Origin: Telmatocola sphagniphila
Lineage (GTDB): Bacteria; Planctomycetota; Planctomycetia; Gemmatales; Gemmataceae
Assembly: GCF_018398935.1 (NCBI RefSeq)
Contig: NZ_CP074694.1
Coordinates: 4,410,001-4,442,000, forward strand
Length of the DNA stretch: 32,000 nucleotides
Direction: 5' to 3'
A program made the position numbers and the translations under genes. Within the stretch, counting starts at the first letter, position 1; every line of letters starts with the position of its first letter. Under the pieces are notes generated by a model, which made no database searches, was not told the DNA's origin, and worked only from the letters and a program-made list of their open reading frames with translations. This document shows positions 22,945-29,665 of this stretch, in pieces.

Positions 22945-24888
22945 CTAATTCAATTCCATGGCTTCTTCGAGATGTTCATAAAGTCTTTGCAATTGGACCT
23001 TAGTGTCTTCCGCGTCCTGCAAAGTCTCCTTCATGCGGTTGGCGTCGCGGTAAAGATCGGCGGAATTCAAAGCCGTCTCGATCTCGGCCGAGCGGATTTC
23101 CAGTTCCAGAATCTCCGCTTCCAGCTCTTCCACTTTGCGATAGGGGAACTTTCGCTTTTTCTTGGTCGGTTTGGCAGGGTTAGCGTTATTGACGGCGGCC
23201 GGCTTATTCTTGGCCGCTTCCCGGGCGACTTTCCGCTCGGCTTCCTCCTTGGCGGCCGCTTCGCGGTTGGCCCGGAGTAGTTCGTAGGTGTCGTAGTTGC
23301 CATAGACGACTTCGACGCGGCCCGGCTCCATGACCAGCAGAATATCGGAGACGCGATTGAGGAAGTAGCGATCGTGGCTGACCACGATTACCGTGCCTTC
23401 AAAAGCTAACACGGCCTCTTCGAGCGCTTCGCAGGCCCAGATATCGAGGTGGTTGGTCGGTTCGTCCAGAATCAGCACGTTCGCACCGAGTACGACGAGC
23501 CGGGCCATCGCGGTACGACTTTTTTCACCGCCACTGCATTCGCGAACCGGTTGTTCGATGATCCTTCCGGACAAGCCGAAGCGGCCGAGCAGATCGCGCA
23601 TCTTTTGCTCGGTCATACTGGGGTCGCCTTCGGGCCAGGCCGCCTGCATGATCGATTTGTTTTCGTCGAGGAGCTTCAGGTGCTGATCGAGATAGCCTAA
23701 CTCGGTGAGGGCTCCTTTTTTGACCCGTCCTTCGGTCGGTTTTTCTTCGCCGAGGAGGATTTTCAGAAGTGTGGTTTTGCCGCAGCCGTTGGGCCCCATG
23801 ATGCCGAGCCGTTTGCCGCGCTGCAGATCGAAGCTGAGATCAGTAAAGAGTCGCTTCTCGCCAAAGGCTTTGCCGACATTTTCGACCTGGAAGATGATGT
23901 CGCCAGCGCGCACGACCGGTCCGAAGCGCATATCGGGTGCGGTGATTTTGGTGGGAGCCTCAAAGCGTTCGATCTTGTCGAGCTTCTTCATTCGCGACTG
24001 AGCGGTGCGGGCCATCTGCCCATAGTGAATGCGGCGAATGTACTCCTCTTCTTTTTCGATGTACTCCTTCTGAGCTTCGAACTCCTTGAGCTGACGCTCG
24101 TAGGTTTCTTCGCGGAGACGCATGTACTGCTGGAAGTTGCCGGGATAGCTGGTGATCTTGCGATTGTGCAGTTCGAAGATCTTGTTGACGACCTTGTTGA
24201 GGAAATAGCGGTCGTGGCTGACAACGATCATCGCTTGTTGCTGCTGGGAAAGGTAATCTTCCAACCAGCGGGTGGTGTCGATGTCGAGGTGGTTGCTCGG
24301 TTCGTCGAGCAGCATGATATCGGGGCTGGCGAGCAAAAGCTTCGCCAGGAGCAGGCGTCTTTGCTGGCCGCCGGAAAAAGTTCGAACATCGCGGTTGTAA
24401 TCGACGGTGTTGAAGCCCAGACCGCCGAGCACGGTTTCGACTTTGTGGTCGAGGGCGTAGGCGTCGTTGTGGTGCAGTTGTTCGTTGAGCCGTTCGTAGC
24501 GGGCTTCGAGGACTTTCTGTTCCTGGGGATCGTTGACGCCGGACATCTTCTCAGCGACGCGCACCAGTTCTTCCTGAGCTTTCAGCAATTTGGCAAAAGC
24601 CGACTGGGCTTCGGCAAAGAGCGTGCGGCCCGGAGCAAACTCCGCGACCTGATCGAGGATGACTGCCTCGGCCCCGGCGTGGAAGCGCACATCGCCGGAA
24701 TCCGGAGAATCCTGACCGGAGAGAATCCGCATCAGAGTCGTCTTGCCGGCGCCGTTGGGGCCGACCAGTCCAATGCGGTCTCCATGGAAGACCTCGAAAC
24801 TGACTTCATCGAACAATTGGCCGCGGTCGTAAGCCCGGCTCAGATTGTTCACACTCATCAAAAGCATCGGCGAATCCTTCAAGGGCAT
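22945..24888 (-). CDS. ABC-F family ATPase (two ABC domains, no TM domain, C-terminal coiled coil)
   Basis: Two Walker A motifs (GPNGAGKTT, GPNGCGKTT). Two signature motifs (SGGQQRRLLLA, SGGEKSRTAMA). Two Walker B motifs (LLLDEPSNHLD, LILDEPTNHLD). Lys/Glu-rich helical tail. The start could also be one of the internal ATGs at 24867 or 24858. Confidence 0.95.
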   Translation of the reverse strand: MPLKDSPMLLMSVNNLSRAYDRGQLFDEVSFEVFHGDRIGLVGPNGAGKTTLMRILSGQDSPDSGDVRFHAGAEAVILDQVAEFAPGRTLFAEAQSAFAKLLKAQEELVRVAEKMSGVNDPQEQKVLEARYERLNEQLHHNDAYALDHKVETVLGGLGFNTVDYNRDVRTFSGGQQRRLLLAKLLLASPDIMLLDEPSNHLDIDTTRWLEDYLSQQQQAMIVVSHDRYFLNKVVNKIFELHNRKITSYPGNFQQYMRLREETYERQLKEFEAQKEYIEKEEEYIRRIHYGQMARTAQSRMKKLDKIERFEAPTKITAPDMRFGPVVRAGDIIFQVENVGKAFGEKRLFTDLSFDLQRGKRLGIMGPNGCGKTTLLKILLGEEKPTEGRVKKGALTELGYLDQHLKLLDENKSIMQAAWPEGDPSMTEQKMRDLLGRFGLSGRIIEQPVRECSGGEKSRTAMARLVVLGANVLILDEPTNHLDIWACEALEEAVLAFEGTVIVVSHDRYFLNRVSDILLVMEPGRVEVVYGNYDTYELLRANREAAAKEEAERKVAREAAKNKPAAVNNANPAKPTKKKRKFPYRKVEELEAEILELEIRSAEIETALNSADLYRDANRMKETLQDAEDTKVQLQRLYEHLEEAMELN

Positions 24889-25050
24889 CAGAAATTATAG
24901 AAAAGTGTCTGGCATCTGGTGTGCTGGAGAGATTCTTAAGTATTGGCAATTCCGAAATTTCTGGGGTTTGAATGACAATTTCGTGTAAGAGATTTGTCTT
25001 TTCAATGAAAGTGCCCTTAGAATTCGGTATCTTCACGTGGAGGTTAAATC

Positions 25051-25797
25051 GTGCGATACCTGACCGCCATACCGATTTACAATGAAGAAAAGACTCTCCG
25101 GAACGTGCTGCGCGAGGTTCGCCGCTATGCTTCCGAGATTCTGGTTATCAACGACGGTTCGACCGATTCGACAGGTGAACTGCTCCGTTCCGAATCCGAT
25201 CTGCATGTCGTCACTCATGCCCGGAATCTCGGGTACGGGGCGGCCTTGGTCAGCGCCTTCGGGTATGCCATTGCGCACCGTTACGATGTGCTGGTCACCA
25301 TGGATTGCGACGGCCAGCACGAACCCTCCCGCATTCCGGTTCTACTGGAAGCGATAGACCAGTGCGATATCGTTTCCGGCAGCCGTTATCTTCGCGATTT
25401 CCGCCAGGATACGCTGGCCCCGAGCGATCGCCGGTATATCAATGAGACGATTACGGAAGAGTTGAATCAGAAATTCCAATTGAACCTCACCGATTCCTTC
25501 TGCGGTTTCAAGGCTTACCGTCGGGATGCCCTGGAAATGCTGCGGATTACCGAGCGCGGTTGGGGCATGCCGTTGCAACTGTGGGTGCAAGCGGCCCGTC
25601 AGAAACTGCGAATTAAAGAAATTGCCGTGCCCCGACTTTATCTCGACCCGAATCGGGCCTTCGGTGGTGTTCTGAACGATAGCCAGGCGCGCCTGCAATA
25701 CTATCGGGATATAATTGCCCGAGCGGAACGGGATTGCCTGCCACCCAATCTCTGCACCGACTTCCTGGAATTGATGTCTATGGAAAACTGTCTGTGA
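25051..25797 (+). CDS. Family 2 glycosyltransferase (polyprenol-phosphate glycosyltransferase-like)
   Basis: GTG start with GGAGG at 25039-25043. IPIYNEEKTL...ILVINDGSTDST...MDCDGQH (the DxD region) is typical of GT2. Confidence 0.85.
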   Translation: MRYLTAIPIYNEEKTLRNVLREVRRYASEILVINDGSTDSTGELLRSESDLHVVTHARNLGYGAALVSAFGYAIAHRYDVLVTMDCDGQHEPSRIPVLLEAIDQCDIVSGSRYLRDFRQDTLAPSDRRYINETITEELNQKFQLNLTDSFCGFKAYRRDALEMLRITERGWGMPLQLWVQAARQKLRIKEIAVPRLYLDPNRAFGGVLNDSQARLQYYRDIIARAERDCLPPNLCTDFLELMSMENCL

Positions 25798-27236
25798 ACC
25801 AGCGGGAACTCTATCGCGCCCCTAAAGAACATGGAAAGATTCTCGAAATTCCGTCTGGTGCCCAGTACCCTTCTTTGATCGCGTCGAATCTCCAGCGGCT
25901 TGAAACTTCCCCGTTGGAGATCGACCATACTCCCCTGGCGGATTTTCGAAAAAAGGCTCGTCAGGAAGCTCTGGTAGCCGCGAAAAATTATCATCAAGCG
26001 CTCGGCGAACCGTTGCCCGCAATCGAATTCGATCAACTCCTGGTGGCGGGTCATCAGCCCGAATTGTTTCATGCCGGGGTTTGGATCAAAAACTTCGCCT
26101 TGAACAAAATCGCCCGGGAAAATCAGCTGGTTCCCCTGAATCTCATTGTTGATACCGATCTGGTGAAATCGACGGTGCTGGCCGTGCCCGAAGCCATCGC
26201 AGGGGGCTACAAATCGGTGGCGGTGCCGTTCGATGAAGCTCGCTCTGGCCGCATCTACGAGGGAAGTCATATCTGCAAACCGGAACTGTTCCGGCAAGTG
26301 CCGCACGAAGTCGACAAGATTCTGGGACCGAAAGCCGACCGACTTCTGAATCGCTATTGGGCTCGAGAAACGACCGACTTAACTACTGCCTTGACGGCAC
26401 CGCGTCGGCAGGCCGAACGGGATTGGGGCTGCCATAACTGGGAACTGCCGATCAGCCAGTTGTCGCAGACGCCGAGCTTTCTGAAGTTCGTTCGTTACCT
26501 GCTGAACGATCTGGAGAATTTTCGCTCGATTTACAATCAGGTAGTTTTGGACTATCGGAGGAAGTATAAGCTTCGCAGCGAGAATCACCCTGTACCGCTT
26601 TTGGGACAAAAGGGCGCAGCTCTCGAAACTCCCTTCTGGTGCATCGACCCAAAAGCCAATAATCGACAGAGTTATTTTCACTCGCCGGAAAGTTCCGTCG
26701 ATCCCAAGTATCTTCGCTCCAAGGCGTTGATTACAACGCTTTACGCCCGAGTTTTCCTCGGGGCGGGTTTCATTCATGGCATCGGCGGCGGCAAATACGA
26801 CGAAGTAACCGACGCTCTCATTGAACGCTGGCTGGGAATAGAAGCTCCCGGTTATGGCGTGGTGAGTGCGACCGTTCACCTGCCGCTCGACTGGCAGAAA
26901 ATTGAAGGGGACCGGATCCAAAACATCGGCCGACAAATCCGGGACCTGACTTGGAACCCCCAACGACACTTGGCGGAGGATGGCCGGACGCAAAAGAAGC
27001 AGGAGTTAATTGCCGCCGAGCCTACCGGAAAGGCGGAGCGTCGCAAGTGGTTCCGAGAGTTGCAAGAGATTACGGGCGAGTTGCGGCAACCGTTACTGGG
27101 AGAGATTGAGAAGAAAGAATCCGAGCGAAGCAAGGTGGAACATCAACTGGCCATTCAGAAAGTGGCTTTGAGCCGGGAATACAGTTGGGTGTTATTCCCG
27201 GAATCTGTTTTGAAACCGATTATGCAAAACGTTTGA
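25794..27236 (+). CDS. Conserved-looking hypothetical protein (~480 aa)
   Basis: Long uninterrupted ORF. I prefer the GTG at 25794, which overlaps the GT2 stop as GTGA; the tracked TTG at 25734 is the alternative. Notable segment LLVAGHQPELFHAGVWIKNFALNKIA...NLIVDTD. No family that I can name. Confidence 0.7.
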   Translation: MNQRELYRAPKEHGKILEIPSGAQYPSLIASNLQRLETSPLEIDHTPLADFRKKARQEALVAAKNYHQALGEPLPAIEFDQLLVAGHQPELFHAGVWIKNFALNKIARENQLVPLNLIVDTDLVKSTVLAVPEAIAGGYKSVAVPFDEARSGRIYEGSHICKPELFRQVPHEVDKILGPKADRLLNRYWARETTDLTTALTAPRRQAERDWGCHNWELPISQLSQTPSFLKFVRYLLNDLENFRSIYNQVVLDYRRKYKLRSENHPVPLLGQKGAALETPFWCIDPKANNRQSYFHSPESSVDPKYLRSKALITTLYARVFLGAGFIHGIGGGKYDEVTDALIERWLGIEAPGYGVVSATVHLPLDWQKIEGDRIQNIGRQIRDLTWNPQRHLAEDGRTQKKQELIAAEPTGKAERRKWFRELQEITGELRQPLLGEIEKKESERSKVEHQLAIQKVALSREYSWVLFPESVLKPIMQNV

Positions 27237-27238
27237 GC

Positions 27239-27889
27239 TTATTTTTTGAAGTGGGCCGCAACCGCGTCTTCAATCGCTTTGAGGTCTTCTTCGGTCGGTC
27301 CTTTGTCGGCAGCAAATTTCCAACGCTGAATCACTTTAAGCCGGTCGTAGAAAATGACCGTGATGTCGTCCCCTTCGCCAATACCGTAGGCGGTGACTTT
27401 ATCATCCGGCACCGTTTTTTCGCCCTTCACAACGGTGGCTTCGGCCAGACCCATGGGAATATTCTTGAGGATTACCTGTCGGCCAAAGTTGGCGACTTCG
27501 GCAATTTTGGTCTCGCGAGTCTGATCGTCCTCATAAAGCTGTTTCAGACCCAGGAAAATTACAAAACTTCCCAGACGCTTGGTGGTGTACTTCTGAACAA
27601 GTTCGTCCTGTTTTTTCAGCAGCCCGACCAAAGGAGCATTAGCATCCTTGGGAATGGAACGGGAAAATGTAGCGATTACAGGATTTAATCCGTTTTCGCA
27701 GACCGGGCAATGCAGTTTGCCGGTCCGGTTCTTCTCATCGTTCAGAGGGAAGCGTTCATCGCGAACGATATAGGCCCGGAACCCGCCGTTGAGTTTGGTC
27801 GAGTCGCCCTCGGCCGGCGGCTGGGCTTCCAGCGGCGTGCAGATCAGGCCAACGACCAGACAGAATAAGATCCTACGAATGGACTTCAT
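27239..27889 (-). CDS. Hypothetical secreted protein with a CxxC motif (possible thioredoxin-like fold)
   Basis: Signal peptide ILFCLVVGLICTPLEA. Single HCPVC motif. The stop lies 2 nt from the convergent upstream gene's stop. The fold assignment is a guess. Confidence 0.6.
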   Translation of the reverse strand: MKSIRRILFCLVVGLICTPLEAQPPAEGDSTKLNGGFRAYIVRDERFPLNDEKNRTGKLHCPVCENGLNPVIATFSRSIPKDANAPLVGLLKKQDELVQKYTTKRLGSFVIFLGLKQLYEDDQTRETKIAEVANFGRQVILKNIPMGLAEATVVKGEKTVPDDKVTAYGIGEGDDITVIFYDRLKVIQRWKFAADKGPTEEDLKAIEDAVAAHFKK

Positions 27890-28130
27890 AACATTTCCCC
27901 AATGGTGGATTCTCTTTCAGAATGACGGTTTCGGGGGCCGTCGTCAAGCGATGAAAAGAATCTGGCTCGCGGAGCCGCGAAGTGTCTACGTTAAAGCCCG
28001 TACAGTCGGCAGACTTTTGGTCCCGGACAACGAATACGCGTTAAAGCGAATTAGTAACTTGCGAATCCTGCCCCGGTTTCGTTAAGATTGTATAAATCAT
28101 CCAGACTACGATATCGAGCGGGGTAACCTG

Positions 28131-29573
28131 ATGGCATTTGCGTTCACCTGTCCGCATTGTGACTCCACCTTGCGAAGTTCCAAGGAAGTTGCCGAGGGGA
28201 AAAAGATTAGTTGTCCCAAGTGCGGTGGCCAATTCAAGATGTCGGAAGATCTGATTGTGGATGATAACGGAGACGAGGAAGATGCTCCTTCTAAACCGTC
28301 TGTTGCCAAAAAATCGGTGAAGAAAATTGCTAAGGATGAGGAAGCCCCCGAGCCCAAATCGGTACCCAAGCGACGCGTGCCGGAACTCGGTCCGGACGGA
28401 CTGCCCAAGAAAAAGAAGAAGAAGAAAAAGAAGAAAAAGGGAGCCGGGCTCATCATCGGTGCGGCGGCAGTCGTTTCCTTGCTCTTCTTCGGGGTTTTCG
28501 GCTACATCGTTTACACGGTGGCGCTGAAAACCAGCATGGATGTGGCCGCGCTGGCTTTTGCACCGGCCTCCTCGGAGATTTTTGTTGGGTTGGAAGCCCA
28601 GGAAATCGTCAACAACGACCAGACGTCCAAACAGGCCAATCAGATTGTGATGGGGCTGACGACAGTCGATCTGGCCAAGTTAAAATCGGCGGGCGTTAAC
28701 GAGGCCGATGTCGGCAAAATCCTGATCATGTCTAATGATCGCGAGTCGGTGACCGCCGTTCGCTTCGTCGTACCAGTTGAACCCGAAAAGTTGGCAACCA
28801 GTTTCGGAGCCGAGAAAGCGACCGAACAGGACAAAACCATTTACAAACTCAAGGATGCTCAAAAACGAGTTCTTTACTTTCCGGAAAAGGACCTCATGCT
28901 TTACATTCCGGAGAGCATGCTCAAAGGAGACATCCTGAAACGAGACATCAAGAAGTATCAACTCTCTGAAGATTCGGAGAGGTTGCTGAAAGTCTGCTGG
29001 ACCGCCGATTTCTTCTGCGTGATGTCCAAAGGATGGGGGACGAGCGCCAATAATATCTTCAAAGGAATGAGACTGGATTCGGCCCCCCAGCCGGTGCAGA
29101 TGGCTTACACAGTCCGAACGCAATCCGAACAGGTGGAAGTATCGATTCTCAGTCTGATGAGTTCCGCTGATGATGTCAAAAAGTTGCTCGGCAACGGCAC
29201 CTACACGGATGAGCAGAAAACTCAGATCACTCGGGCGGGCAATCAAATCGGGGCCATGAGCAATGAGATTCGAAACATGATCAACGATCTGCTCGAGTAC
29301 CGCGGTACCAGTCGGAGCGGCAATTTGGCCACGGAATACTTCAAGACCAATTACAAAAATGTCGTCGGGCTCGTAAATCGCTTCGCTGCCGGTGTTCCCG
29401 GAGGAGGCGGTAATTTGGGTGGCGGAGCGCCCCGAAATTCAGGTCCAGGTGCGCCGGGCGGACCTCCCGGTGGACCTCCTGGGGGGCCCCCGGGTGGTCC
29501 GCCCGCTGGCCCAGGACGACCCGGAGGCAAACCCGGACCAGGTGGACCGGGCGGACCGGGCGGTAATCAGTAA
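28131..29573 (+). CDS. Zinc-ribbon membrane protein with a poly-Lys tract and a Gly/Pro-rich tail
   Basis: N-terminal CPHC...x17...CPKC zinc ribbon. An acidic/basic linker ends in a run of 11 lysines, followed by a TM helix (LIIGAAAVVSLLFFGVFGYIVYTVAL). There is a ~300-aa extracytoplasmic region. The tail reads GGPPGGPPGGPPGGPPAGPGRPGGKPGPGGPGGPGGNQ. Confidence 0.75.
   Translation: MAFAFTCPHCDSTLRSSKEVAEGKKISCPKCGGQFKMSEDLIVDDNGDEEDAPSKPSVAKKSVKKIAKDEEAPEPKSVPKRRVPELGPDGLPKKKKKKKKKKKGAGLIIGAAAVVSLLFFGVFGYIVYTVALKTSMDVAALAFAPASSEIFVGLEAQEIVNNDQTSKQANQIVMGLTTVDLAKLKSAGVNEADVGKILIMSNDRESVTAVRFVVPVEPEKLATSFGAEKATEQDKTIYKLKDAQKRVLYFPEKDLMLYIPESMLKGDILKRDIKKYQLSEDSERLLKVCWTADFFCVMSKGWGTSANNIFKGMRLDSAPQPVQMAYTVRTQSEQVEVSILSLMSSADDVKKLLGNGTYTDEQKTQITRAGNQIGAMSNEIRNMINDLLEYRGTSRSGNLATEYFKTNYKNVVGLVNRFAAGVPGGGGNLGGGAPRNSGPGAPGGPPGGPPGGPPGGPPAGPGRPGGKPGPGGPGGPGGNQ
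28407..28443 (+). repeat. 37-nt uninterrupted homopurine tract (encodes poly-Lys)
   Basis: aagaaaaagaagaagaagaaaaagaagaaaaagggag contains only A and G on the + strand. Confidence 0.9.
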
Positions 29574-29665
29574 GTTCGCCGTTTTGAAAATTTCGCCGGG
29601 CTGGAATGCATATCCTGACTTTCCAGACTCAGCGAGGAAAAATGAGTTCGTTTAAGAAGAGATTT

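Noticed and set aside
24025-24900. 291-aa + strand ORF antisense to the ABC-F gene
   Set aside because: The ABC-F frame has duplicated Walker A, signature and Walker B motifs. The antisense product has no features.
25701-26993. Minus-strand ORFs 25701..26306 and 26379..26993
   Set aside because: They lie antisense to a single uninterrupted ~480-aa + strand ORF that has a more protein-like composition and is coupled to the GT2 stop.
28106-28456. 116-aa minus-strand ORF with a poly-Phe run
   Set aside because: It is simply the reverse complement of the poly-Lys homopurine tract in the zinc-ribbon protein gene.
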